The notes beneath the pieces are model-generated. The model saw only the letters and a list, made by a program, of their open reading frames with translations. It did not search any database and was not told the origin of the DNA. This document shows, piece after piece, positions 9,603 through 19,526 of a DNA stretch of 64,000 bases (position 1 is its first letter; the number at the start of each line of letters is the position of its first letter). The stretch is taken from assembly GCA_026985555.1 (NCBI GenBank), contig JALSQF010000011.1:4571-68570 (forward strand), written 5' to 3'. The translations under genes and the position numbers were made by a program. The stretch is from Candidatus Moraniibacteriota bacterium (GTDB lineage Bacteria > Patescibacteriota > Minisyncoccia > Moranbacterales > UBA9337).

Positions 9603-11237
9603 ATGTTACAAATAGCAAATAAATTTATTAGTAAAATAGAAAACGTTTCAGCATCTCTATCTCAAATATTAATAACTTTTACCGCTTTAGTAACCATAAG
9701 AGTATTAATTGAGAACTGGTTGAATCATTTTAAAAGTTTTTCTGGTGAATATCTTTTTTATGAATGGAGCCATCTTTTTTTATCTTTAGGATTAACTTTT
9801 TTATTGTTTCTATTATTTTTTCACTGGACATTTAAAATTTCTCTTTTTAAATTATTAAATGTATTATCACTAGGTTTTTTAATAATTTGGACTCCCCCTC
9901 TTACAGATTATTTGGTTTCTCATTTTTTATTAAACGGTCAAAAGATATGGAGTTACTATGAATTAGGTAGTTTAAGTCAGCTAAAAAATGATTTTTTGAC
10001 CTTTTTTTCTCGTGATTATGCTCAGGGAACTACTTATGGAGTTTGTTTGGAAATCGCTTTAGCTATTATTTTTCTATCAATTTATGTGGGATTAAAACGA
10101 GGTTTTTTAAAAGCTTTGTTGGCTTTTTTAATAAGTTATTTTATTTTTTTTATTTTAGGAACGCTTCCTTCTTGGCCAGCTATTTTAGTTTTAGGTTGGC
10201 CTTCTCATTTTTTACAAGTGACAGAAATAGATGTAGCTAAATTTTTTTTAACTCCTGCTCAATTATTTTCTTTTCCTATAAAAAATTTAATTACTTCTTT
10301 GAGTTTTAAAATGAATTTATGGTTGTCTGTAGTTGATTTCATTTTATTAATAATTTTGCTATATCAAATAGAAAAGAAAAAATTTTTTGCTTGGCTAAAA
10401 AATGGACGTTGGCCTCAAATAATTTATCATGAAGGACTTTTTTTGTTGGGGATAGCTTTAGCTTTAATATTTAATACAGTTAATTGGTGGTGGGATTTTT
10501 TTAATTTTTTTGCTTTATTAGTAGCAATGCAAGCTATCTTATTAGCTTGGTGGGCATCTGTAACTATTAATGATATTTTTGATAAAAAAATTGATAGTAT
10601 TTCTAATTCACGGCGTCCCTATATAAAGAATATTTTTTCTAAAAATAATCTTATTGCTTTATTTTGGTTTTTCTTTTTTTTCTCTTCTTTTTTAGGCGCT
10701 CTTTTAAGTTGGAAAATTTTAGGTTTATTATTAGCTTATCAATCTCTAGCTTGGCTCTATTCAGCTTCTCCTTTGCGATTAAAAAGAATTCCCATAGTAG
10801 CTAGTTTTATTAGCGCTTTAGCCTCGTTACTAATTTTATTTATCGGATATATTTTAGTTTCTCCTTATCAAAACTTAGAAAACTTGCCATCAGAATTAAT
10901 TATTTTATTATTAGTATCTTATACCTTATCATTGCCACTCAAAGATCTTAAAGATATTAAAGGAGATAAACAAGATAAAATTTGGACTATACCAGTGATT
11001 TTTGGAGATTATTGGGGGAGAATAATAATAGCTAGTGGAATATTTTTTTCTTTTATATTAAGTGTGATTGTATTAAATGAATATTCTTTGCTTTGGTGGG
11101 CAATATTAGCGGGAAGTTTATCTTTTTGGGTAATCAATAACAAAAAAATTAACCCACGTTGGTTGTCAGGATATATTTTAGTTATTATAATATTGTATGG
11201 ATTAATTATTGTAAAAACTATTTCCCACCTTTTTTAA
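9603..11237 (+). CDS. UbiA-family prenyltransferase with an extra N-terminal multi-TM domain
   Basis: NDIFDKKID..N..RP, YS..PLRLKR and KDLKDIKGD motifs in the C-terminal half. Confidence 0.8.
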   Translation: MLQIANKFISKIENVSASLSQILITFTALVTIRVLIENWLNHFKSFSGEYLFYEWSHLFLSLGLTFLLFLLFFHWTFKISLFKLLNVLSLGFLIIWTPPLTDYLVSHFLLNGQKIWSYYELGSLSQLKNDFLTFFSRDYAQGTTYGVCLEIALAIIFLSIYVGLKRGFLKALLAFLISYFIFFILGTLPSWPAILVLGWPSHFLQVTEIDVAKFFLTPAQLFSFPIKNLITSLSFKMNLWLSVVDFILLIILLYQIEKKKFFAWLKNGRWPQIIYHEGLFLLGIALALIFNTVNWWWDFFNFFALLVAMQAILLAWWASVTINDIFDKKIDSISNSRRPYIKNIFSKNNLIALFWFFFFFSSFLGALLSWKILGLLLAYQSLAWLYSASPLRLKRIPIVASFISALASLLILFIGYILVSPYQNLENLPSELIILLLVSYTLSLPLKDLKDIKGDKQDKIWTIPVIFGDYWGRIIIASGIFFSFILSVIVLNEYSLLWWAILAGSLSFWVINNKKINPRWLSGYILVIIILYGLIIVKTISHLF

Positions 11238-11247
11238 AAGTGTTTAT

Positions 11248-11276
11248 TTGACATAAATCTATAAATATGTTATAAT
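11248..11276 (+). promoter_or_regulatory. Sigma70 promoter of rnpB
   Basis: TTGACA-17 nt-TATAAT perfect consensus with TG extension. Confidence 0.85.
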
Positions 11277-11310
11277 CAAGGGTTTTAAAAGAAAAAGTTT
11301 TTTTAAAATT

Positions 11311-11656
11311 AATTAAGGGATAGTTAAGCAATGGCTCTACGGAGAGGAAAGTCCGGACATTCCCTTTATCAATTGATAAAGGAGCAGGGTAGTGGGTAAC
11401 GCCCATCTATTGTAAAATACGAGGTGCGAACAGAGACGCTGGAAGCGCAAGCGGAAGGCATCCTATTTTTTTAGGATGAGTTCTCTTATAATCCTTTTAA
11501 GGTGAAATAGAGAAGTGAAACGGCTAAATCCTTACCTGAATGCAAGACCGTGCTTTGCTAATAGCAAAGAGTGTCGCAAAGATTGAGTTCAGTAATGAAC
11601 CAACAAGACAAATCATTGCTCTAGACAGAATCCGGCTTATCAACTATCCCTTAATT
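11311..11656 (+). ncRNA. rnpB: RNase P RNA
   Basis: GAGGAAAGTCC at 11344-11354, ACAGAATCCGGCTTAT at 11625-11640, P1 pairing AATTAAGGGATAGTT/AACTATCCCTTAATT. Confidence 0.95.
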
Positions 11657-11673
11657 AACTTTAAAATAAATAT

Positions 11674-13092
11674 ATGAAAAGATCAGAATTATTTTTTAGC
11701 GCTATTCAAGTTCCAGTGGATTTTTTAATGATAGTTTTAGCCGCTATTTCTGCTTTTTTAGTTCGTGATATTCCTCAGATTATTGCTTTAAAACCTAAGT
11801 TGTATAATTTTCCCATAGAACAATATTTAAAAATAGTTTTATTAGTAACTCCCTTTTTTCTTTTGATTTATGCTTTAGAAGGTTTATATGATATTAGAGC
11901 TACTCGTCGTTTTTGGAAGGAAACTCTTAAGGTGTTTTCTGCAACATCTATAGGCTTAGTCATAATTATTGTAACTATATTTTTAAAACGTGAATGGTTT
12001 TCTTCTCGTTTTATTATTCTTTCCGCTTGGGCATTAACAGTGTTTTATGTAGTTATGGGACGTTGGTTTTTGCAATTAATACAAAAATGGTTGCTACGTT
12101 ATAAAAAAATAGGAGTGCATAGAGTATTATTAATCGGGCGTAATGGAAAAATAAAAAAAATTTCTCAATTTATTAACAGAAAACCAGGTTTGGGATACAA
12201 AATAATAGCTAAAAGTGATACGGCGCGCTTAAAAAAAATTAAAGAAATTAAACAAAAAAAAGGTATTGACGAAATTATTTTATGTGATTCTACTATTCCT
12301 GACTCAGATATTGCTAAACTCGTTGATTTTTGTGCCATTAACAACATTGTTTATCGTTTTATTCCTACTACTTTTCAAACCACACGTTTTAATTTAGGTG
12401 TTTTTGGTGGAGAACCCATTGTAGAAATTAATCATACCCCTTTAGATGGCTGGGGAAGAATTATTAAAGCCGTCTTTGATTGGTTGGCAGCTATTTTTTT
12501 AATTATTTTTTTGTCTCCAATTTTATTAATAGTAGCTTTGTTGATAAAAAAAGAGGATCCCGATGGACCTATTATTTATAAAAATAAAAGAATAGGAGTA
12601 GATGGAAAAAATATCAATGTTTTTAAATTTCGTTATATGCAGTGGAAATATTGTATTGATAAAAAAAATCCTCATTTTAAAGAAGCTTTAAAACTGGAAA
12701 AAGAGTTAATCAAAAAACAAAGTGTAAGACAAGGGCCATTATATAAAATTAAAAATGATCCTAGAAAAATGAAAGTAGGGAAATGGATAGAAAAATTTTC
12801 TTTAGATGAATTGCCTCAGTTGTTTAATGTGATTAAAGGAGATATGAGTTTAGTAGGACCACGCCCTCATCAAAAAAGGGAAGTAGAAAAATACAAAGAA
12901 TATCATCGTCGTTTACTAACCATAAAGCCAGGGATAACAGGAATGGCCCAAGTTTCAGGAAGATCTGATTTAGATTTTGAAGATGAATATAAATTAGATT
13001 TATATTATATTGAAAACTGGTCACTTTGGTTGGATTTTTTAATTTTATTCAAAACTTTAAAAGTTCTATTTAAAAAAAGAAAAAACAACTAA
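11674..13092 (+). CDS. Polyprenyl-phosphate sugar phosphotransferase (WcaJ/WbaP-like)
   Basis: KFRYM, DPR, SLDELPQLFNV..GDMSLVGPRP, KPGITG.AQVSGR, D..YIENWS. Confidence 0.93.
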   Translation: MKRSELFFSAIQVPVDFLMIVLAAISAFLVRDIPQIIALKPKLYNFPIEQYLKIVLLVTPFFLLIYALEGLYDIRATRRFWKETLKVFSATSIGLVIIIVTIFLKREWFSSRFIILSAWALTVFYVVMGRWFLQLIQKWLLRYKKIGVHRVLLIGRNGKIKKISQFINRKPGLGYKIIAKSDTARLKKIKEIKQKKGIDEIILCDSTIPDSDIAKLVDFCAINNIVYRFIPTTFQTTRFNLGVFGGEPIVEINHTPLDGWGRIIKAVFDWLAAIFLIIFLSPILLIVALLIKKEDPDGPIIYKNKRIGVDGKNINVFKFRYMQWKYCIDKKNPHFKEALKLEKELIKKQSVRQGPLYKIKNDPRKMKVGKWIEKFSLDELPQLFNVIKGDMSLVGPRPHQKREVEKYKEYHRRLLTIKPGITGMAQVSGRSDLDFEDEYKLDLYYIENWSLWLDFLILFKTLKVLFKKRKNN

Positions 13093-13247
13093 TCATTATT
13101 TAGAATAAAATATATCAAAACACTTTTGAAAATAAATAGTAAGTGAAAGATTTTTTAGGAGAAAAATTCCCTAAGCTCAATTTTCAGAAAATTTATAAGA
13201 CAATAATTTGTTGATTTTATTAGTTAAATATGATAAGATAAAAAACC

Positions 13248-13838
13248 ATGGAATTAAAAAAAGTAGTTAAAATATTTCAACAAGAAAAAAAGATATTTTT
13301 TTTAGTTTTATTGTTTAGTTTAACTCTAGGCGTTCTTTTTTATTTTGTTCAACCTCATTTTTATAAGGTAAATTTAATGCTTAATGTTACTAGGCAGGGA
13401 ACACAAAAAACTTCTGATTATAGTTTTGATGAATTTTATCGTTTACAAGCGGATGAGAAGTTTGCTGATACTATAGTGCGCTGGTTAGAATCTCCGCGAA
13501 TTCAAGAAGATATTTGTCATCAAGTAAAACAAGATTGTAGTCGTAAAATAAAAGCGAAAAGATTATCTTCTCAATATGTAGAAATAATTTATTTTATAAA
13601 TAAACCAGAAACAGGAAAAAAAGAAGCTAAAGCCATTGCACAAGTATTACAAAATGAAACGAAAAAATTAAACCTAAAGCAAAAAAATAAAAATTGGTTT
13701 TTTTTAGTAGTTGATGATCCTGTGATAAAATTAAATCATTGGAATATAAGAAAAATTTTAGGAATAAGTGTTTTACTTGGTTTATTAATAGGTTTTTGGT
13801 CGGTTTTAATAAAGTATTATTGGAAAAAGGAGGATTAA
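13248..13838 (+). CDS. Wzz/CapA-like chain-length determinant (short)
   Basis: Two terminal TM helices flanking an extracytoplasmic domain; lies in the EPS cluster. Confidence 0.6.
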   Translation: MELKKVVKIFQQEKKIFFLVLLFSLTLGVLFYFVQPHFYKVNLMLNVTRQGTQKTSDYSFDEFYRLQADEKFADTIVRWLESPRIQEDICHQVKQDCSRKIKAKRLSSQYVEIIYFINKPETGKKEAKAIAQVLQNETKKLNLKQKNKNWFFLVVDDPVIKLNHWNIRKILGISVLLGLLIGFWSVLIKYYWKKED

Positions 13839-13850
13839 TTTGAAATCATT

Positions 13851-15002
13851 ATGAAAATTGGAATTGATGCGCGTTGCCTTTTAAGTGGAAAAAAAAGTGG
13901 AGTTGAAGAATATACTTATCAAATTATTAAAAATGTTTTAAAACAAGATAAAAAAAATCAATACATTCTTTTTTTGAATTCGGGAAAAAAGAAACCTTTA
14001 AATTGGAAATGGATTGATGATTTTTCTAATGTAAAGATAAAATTCTTTCGTTGGCCCAACAGGCTTCTTAATTTTTTATTTTGGTATTTTAGGTTTCCTT
14101 TTATAGATAAAATGTTAGGAGGTATAGACGTTTTTTGGGCTCCTAATTTAAATTTTTGGGGATTATCTAAATCTGTTAAATTTGTTTTAACTCTTCATGA
14201 TCTTTCCTTTGAATATTATCCAGAGACTTTTCATTGGAAAAGAAGGTTGTGGCGTTTTTTTATTAATCCACGTTCTAGCGTTTGTAAAGCTGATAAGATT
14301 ATTGTTGTCTCTCAATCTACTAAAGATGATCTAGTTAATTTTTATAAAGTGCCTTCTCAAAAAATAAAAGTTATTCCTAGTGGAATTGATACTAAATATA
14401 AAGTGCTAGATAGAAATGATTTTCAATTAATTAAAATTAAAGAAAAATATCAAATACCCTTTAATTTTATTTTCTTCTTAGGGACCATTGAACCAAGAAA
14501 GAATATAGAGAGTATTATTAAAGCCTATGAACTTTTACGTCAAGAAAAAAATTCTGAATTAGATAAGTACAAATTAGTAATTGCTGGTAATTCAGGATGG
14601 AAAGCAAAAAAAATATTTAAAACTATTCAAAATTCTGTTTATAAACGAGATATTTTTTTTATAGGAGAAGTTGATGAAAAAGATAAGATTTATCTTTATA
14701 ATTTAGCTAGTCTATTTATTTTTCCTTCTTTTTTAGAAGGATTTGGTTTTCCTCCTTTAGAAGCAATGAGTTGTGGAACTCCAGTTATTACCTCTTTTAA
14801 TACTTCTTTTCCTGAAACAGTAGGTGATGCAGTTATTATGGTTGATCCTAATAAAGAACAAGAAATTAAAGAGGCTATGCAAATGATTCTATTAAATAAA
14901 AAACTGCAAAAAAAGTTAATTCAAAAAGGTTTACAGCAAGTTCAAAAATTTAATTGGGAAATATCAGCCAGAGAACATAAAAAAGTGTGGACATCAATTT
15001 AA
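13851..15002 (+). CDS. GT4 glycosyltransferase
   Basis: MKIGIDAR, TLHDL, GTIEPRKN, EGFGFPPLEAM. Confidence 0.92.
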   Translation: MKIGIDARCLLSGKKSGVEEYTYQIIKNVLKQDKKNQYILFLNSGKKKPLNWKWIDDFSNVKIKFFRWPNRLLNFLFWYFRFPFIDKMLGGIDVFWAPNLNFWGLSKSVKFVLTLHDLSFEYYPETFHWKRRLWRFFINPRSSVCKADKIIVVSQSTKDDLVNFYKVPSQKIKVIPSGIDTKYKVLDRNDFQLIKIKEKYQIPFNFIFFLGTIEPRKNIESIIKAYELLRQEKNSELDKYKLVIAGNSGWKAKKIFKTIQNSVYKRDIFFIGEVDEKDKIYLYNLASLFIFPSFLEGFGFPPLEAMSCGTPVITSFNTSFPETVGDAVIMVDPNKEQEIKEAMQMILLNKKLQKKLIQKGLQQVQKFNWEISAREHKKVWTSI

Positions 15003-15139
15003 TTAAATCAAAAAATATATTGTATTAAGTTTGTATAACTTTATATTGTAATAGTAATTTAATGTTTAGTAAGTTGTTATTCCTGAAAAAATATTATATA
15101 ATGATTTTAGCTTAACTAATAAATTTTAAAAACAAAAAT

Positions 15140-16150
15140 ATGATTAAAGTGGCTATTAATGGTTTTGGTCGTATTGGTCGGCCAGTTTTAAAAATTATTC
15201 AAGAAAAAGAGGATATGGAAGTGGTGGCTATTAATGATTTAAGTAGTTTGGAAAATTTAGTTTATTTATTAAAATATGACACAGCTTATGGAATATATAA
15301 AAATGAAGTTTCATGGGAAGAAGGTAAAATAAAAATAGGAGATAAAGAAATTAAAGTTTTAGCTGAGCCTGATCCAGAAAAATTACCTTGGAAAGAAATG
15401 GGTATAGATGTAGTTTTAGAGTGCACAGGATTTTTTACCAATAGAGAGGGTGCTGAAAAACACTTAAAAGCGGGTGCAAAAAAAGTTGTTATTTCTGCAC
15501 CTACCAAAGATGAAAGTATTAAAACTTTTGTTTTAGGTGTAAATGCTGATGAAATTAAAGAAGAAGATGATATTATTTCTAATGCTTCTTGTACTACTAA
15601 TTCTTTAGCTCCAATGATGAAAGTATTAGATGATAACTTTGGAGTGGAAAAATCTTTAATGTCAACGATTCATAGTTATACATCTACTCAATCTTTAGTG
15701 GACGGAATTTCTAAAAAAGATATGCGCAGAGGAAGAGCAGCAGCGCAAAATATTATTCCTTCTACGACAGGAGCGGCTATTGCTACCGTAAAAACATTAC
15801 CTCAATTAGAAAATCGTTTTGATGGCATGGCTTTTAGAGTTCCTACGCTAGTTGGATCTGTAAGTGATTTAACTGTTTTATTAAAACAGGAGACAACCAA
15901 AGAAGATATTTTTCAAGCTTTCATAGATGCTTCTAATAATGAATTAAAAAATATATTGGAAGTTACAGAAGAACCTTTAGTAAGTCATGATATTGTAGGT
16001 AATCCTCATTCAGTAATAGTGCAAGCTGATTTAATAAAAGTAACGGATAAAAATTTAGTGAAAGTAATAGGTTGGTATGATAATGAATGGGGTTATAGCA
16101 ATCGTTTAGTAGAGATGGCTCATTATTTAATAAAAAAATTTCAAAAATAA
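15140..16150 (+). CDS. gap: Type I glyceraldehyde-3-phosphate dehydrogenase
   Basis: INGFGRIGR, SNASCTTN, WYDNEWGY. Confidence 0.97.
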   Translation: MIKVAINGFGRIGRPVLKIIQEKEDMEVVAINDLSSLENLVYLLKYDTAYGIYKNEVSWEEGKIKIGDKEIKVLAEPDPEKLPWKEMGIDVVLECTGFFTNREGAEKHLKAGAKKVVISAPTKDESIKTFVLGVNADEIKEEDDIISNASCTTNSLAPMMKVLDDNFGVEKSLMSTIHSYTSTQSLVDGISKKDMRRGRAAAQNIIPSTTGAAIATVKTLPQLENRFDGMAFRVPTLVGSVSDLTVLLKQETTKEDIFQAFIDASNNELKNILEVTEEPLVSHDIVGNPHSVIVQADLIKVTDKNLVKVIGWYDNEWGYSNRLVEMAHYLIKKFQK

Positions 16151-16173
16151 AAAATAATCTTTTATTTTAAAAA

Positions 16174-17748
16174 ATGTTGGATCTTATTATAAAAAACGGA
16201 GTTGTTATTGATGGTACAGGAAAAAATATGTTTAGAAACGATATTGGTATTGTTGGTGATAGAATTAAAAAGATGGGAAATTTGGAAAAAGAAGAGGCGA
16301 AGAAGGTTATTGATGCAGAAGGTTATTATGTAACACCAGGTTTTATTGATGTCAATAATCATTCGGATACTTACTGGAGAATTTTTATTAATCCAGATTT
16401 AGAAAGTCTTTTATATCAAGGTGTTACCACAATTGTAGGTGGAAATTGTGGCTCGTCTTTGGCGCCAATTTTAAATGAAGATATGTTTCGTTCTATTCAA
16501 AAATGGATAGATATTAGTTCTCTTAATTTAAACTGGTTAACGGTTAAAGATTTTTTTAATGAAATCAGTAAAATTAAATTAGCTACTAATTTTGCCACTT
16601 TAGTAGGTCACGCCACATTAAGAAGAGGTATTAAAGGAGATAATAGAGGAGAATTAACAGAAGGAGAGATGAATGTTATGTTGAAAATTTTACGTAAAGC
16701 GTTGAAAGAGGGAGCCCTAGGTGTTTCCTTTGGTTTAGTTTATACCCATGCGCAATTAGCTTCCCAGTGGGAATTATTTGAAGTAGCAAAAGTAGTAGCT
16801 AAAGAAAAAAAAATTCTAGCTGTTCATATTAGAGAAGAGAGTGAAAGAATATTATCTTCTATTCAAGAAGTTTTAGATATAGCTTCTAATACAGGAGTAA
16901 ATTTACAAATATCTCATCTTAAAATAATGGGAGAAGATAATTGGAAGATGATGGATGAGGTATTACAAATGATTGCTGAGGCCTATAGAAAGGGAATTAA
17001 AGTAGCTTTTGATATGTATCCATATACAATGACTGGATCAGTGTTGTATGCTTTATTACCTAAATGGGTAGCAGAAGGAGGTAGAAAAATGATGTTAAAA
17101 AGATTGAGAGATCCTTTTATGCGTTCCCGAGTAGTAAGAGAAATGATGAATAATAGTATTGATTATTCTAATATTATAATTTCTATTTCTCCTTTAAATA
17201 AATCTTTAACCAAGAGGAAAGTGAGTGAAATTGCTGATGCGCAAAGAAAATCTGTGGAAGAGGCAATTATAGACATTCTTTTAGCTAGTAACGGGAGAGT
17301 AATTACAATGATGAATGTTTTAAGTGAAAACAACATTCAAAAAGAGTTAGTATGCCCCTTATCAATTATTTCTTCCAATGGAGCTGGATATAATGAAAAA
17401 CATAAAAGTAGTGGTGAATTAGTTCATCCACGTTCTTTTGGTACTTTTCCTAGAATATTAAACAAATATGTAAGAAATCAAGAATTATTAACCTGGGAAG
17501 AAGCTGTTTTTAAAATGTCAGGATTTCCAGCAAAAAAATATGATATTCATCAAAGAGGAACATTGAAGAAAAACAATTTTGCCGATATAGTAATTTGGGA
17601 TCCTAATAGGATAGAAGACTTAGCTATGCCTAATGATCCTTATCATTATTCTAAAGGAGTGGAATATTTGTTAGTTAATGGTAAAATAGTAATTGCTAAA
17701 AGAAAATATCTTTCTAGACGAGAAGGAAAAATTATCACAAAAACTTAA
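16174..17748 (+). CDS. N-acyl-D-amino-acid deacylase family amidohydrolase (variant active site)
   Basis: PGFID, GVTT..GGNCG, HIRE, SHLK, HPRSFGTFPR, ADIVIWDP. Confidence 0.85.
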   Translation: MLDLIIKNGVVIDGTGKNMFRNDIGIVGDRIKKMGNLEKEEAKKVIDAEGYYVTPGFIDVNNHSDTYWRIFINPDLESLLYQGVTTIVGGNCGSSLAPILNEDMFRSIQKWIDISSLNLNWLTVKDFFNEISKIKLATNFATLVGHATLRRGIKGDNRGELTEGEMNVMLKILRKALKEGALGVSFGLVYTHAQLASQWELFEVAKVVAKEKKILAVHIREESERILSSIQEVLDIASNTGVNLQISHLKIMGEDNWKMMDEVLQMIAEAYRKGIKVAFDMYPYTMTGSVLYALLPKWVAEGGRKMMLKRLRDPFMRSRVVREMMNNSIDYSNIIISISPLNKSLTKRKVSEIADAQRKSVEEAIIDILLASNGRVITMMNVLSENNIQKELVCPLSIISSNGAGYNEKHKSSGELVHPRSFGTFPRILNKYVRNQELLTWEEAVFKMSGFPAKKYDIHQRGTLKKNNFADIVIWDPNRIEDLAMPNDPYHYSKGVEYLLVNGKIVIAKRKYLSRREGKIITKT

Positions 17749-17752
17749 TTTT

Positions 17753-19165
17753 ATGATGAATAAAAGTTTTCTAAAAGGAAAAACTGTTACAGTTTTTGGT
17801 TTGGGATTGCATGGAGGAGGAATAGGCACTGTAAAATTTTTAGCTACGCAGGAAGTAAAAAAAATTATTGTAACAGATCTTAAATCAAAAAATCAACTGC
17901 GACCATCCTTACAACAATTAGCTGATATTAAAAATATAGAGTATGTTTTAGGGCAACATAGAAAAGAAGATTTTATTCAAACTGATATGGTAATTAAAAC
18001 TCCAGTTATATCTTGGAATAATAAGTATATAAAAATTGCTTTAAAAAACAATGTTGTAGTAGAAACTGATTCCAGTCTTTTTTTTCAATTATGTAAAATT
18101 CCGATAATTGGTGTTACTGGTAGCAAAGGTAAAACTTCGGTAGCTACTATGATAAGTGATATTTTAAGGGCAACAGGAAAAAAAGTAGTGTCAGTGGGGA
18201 TAAGTCAAATTTCTGTATTAGATAAATTATTAGAAACCGAAAAAGCGGAATGGGTTGTCTTTGAATTGTCCAGTTGGAGATTATCTGCTTTAAAAAAAAT
18301 AAAACGAAGTCCTCACATTTCTATTATTACCAATATTTTTCCAGATCATTTAAATTATTATAAAAACATGGAAGAATATATAGCAGATAAAAAAAATATT
18401 TTTTTATATCAAAATTCTCAAGATTGGTTAATTTACAATGAAGATAATCAATTAGTAAAAGAAATGGTTAAGGAAGCCGACTCAAAGCTAATAGCTTTTT
18501 CTCTTTATAAAAAGGGACAATTTATTAGTGTTTTTAAAGAAAAAGATTTTGCTTATCTGAATAATGGGATAGACGAAAAGAAAATAATTCAATTTTCAAA
18601 AATAAATATAAAAGAAAAGCATAATCAAGCTAATTTATTAGCGGTTATTGGAGCTGTTTATGCTGCAGGTATTCCTCTTTCTCTCATTAAAAAGGCAGTT
18701 AGAAAAATTAAAAAAATTCCTGATCGTTTAGAATTAGTAAAGGAAATTAAAGGAGTAAAATACTACAATGATTCAACTGCTACTATTCCAGAGGCAGTTC
18801 AAGTTGCTTTGCGTTCTTTTTCAGAAAAAATAATTTTAATTACGGGAGGAACTGATAAGAATTTAAACTTTGATAATTTAGCTAAAGATATTATAGAAAA
18901 AACTAAAGGAGTAATTTTTTTGAAGGGAACAGCCACAGATAAATTAATCTTATCTATTAAAAAAATATTACAAGAAAAAGATAAAGAATTTGAAGTGGTT
19001 GATACAATGGATAAAGCCGTAGAATTAGCTTCGCGTATTGCAGATAAAGGAGATGTGGTTTTGTTGTCTCCAGGAGCAGCTAGTTTTGGATTGTTTAACA
19101 ATGAATTTCACAGAGGAGCTAAATTTAGAGAAGCAGTCAAAAAATTAAATACATTTATTTTCTAA
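17753..19165 (+). CDS. murD: UDP-N-acetylmuramoyl-L-alanine--D-glutamate ligase
   Basis: GVTGSKGKTS, ELSSW, DHLN, YNDS.AT, LLSPGAASF; ATG 17753 preferred over the TTG that overlaps the upstream gene. Confidence 0.93.
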   Translation: MMNKSFLKGKTVTVFGLGLHGGGIGTVKFLATQEVKKIIVTDLKSKNQLRPSLQQLADIKNIEYVLGQHRKEDFIQTDMVIKTPVISWNNKYIKIALKNNVVVETDSSLFFQLCKIPIIGVTGSKGKTSVATMISDILRATGKKVVSVGISQISVLDKLLETEKAEWVVFELSSWRLSALKKIKRSPHISIITNIFPDHLNYYKNMEEYIADKKNIFLYQNSQDWLIYNEDNQLVKEMVKEADSKLIAFSLYKKGQFISVFKEKDFAYLNNGIDEKKIIQFSKINIKEKHNQANLLAVIGAVYAAGIPLSLIKKAVRKIKKIPDRLELVKEIKGVKYYNDSTATIPEAVQVALRSFSEKIILITGGTDKNLNFDNLAKDIIEKTKGVIFLKGTATDKLILSIKKILQEKDKEFEVVDTMDKAVELASRIADKGDVVLLSPGAASFGLFNNEFHRGAKFREAVKKLNTFIF

Positions 19166-19204
19166 ATAAAACATAAAAAAATATTCTTATATTTCCTATT
19201 AGTT

Positions 19205-19229
19205 CTTCGGCTATTTAAATAGCCAGAAG
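19205..19229. repeat. Modular palindrome, copy 1 (one ATTTAAAT)
   Basis: CTTC-GGCTATTTAAATAGCC-AGAAG; perfect 16-bp core at 19209-19224. Confidence 0.8.
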
Positions 19230-19526
19230 GTTTTAGATTAATTTTTTCTTTTAAAAATTAATCTAATTTTAATATAATTAACAAGAATTATTAAATAGAT
19301 TTTGTTATATATGCTTCTACAATATTTGACAAATATTAGATAATTGATACAATTTTACATTGATTTTTTAAATATTATTAAAATTAAAATATATGTTTGA
19401 ATTAATAAGTGATTATATTTATATTTTTTTTGGAGCAATGATTTTTATTATCAATGTATCATATTTATCAAGTCGTTTGATTATTTTTTCTTTAAAAAAA
19501 ATAAAAAATAATCAAAAGTTTTAAAT

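Noticed and set aside
11218-11406. 62-aa minus-strand ORF
   Set aside because: Antisense to the rnpB promoter and RNA
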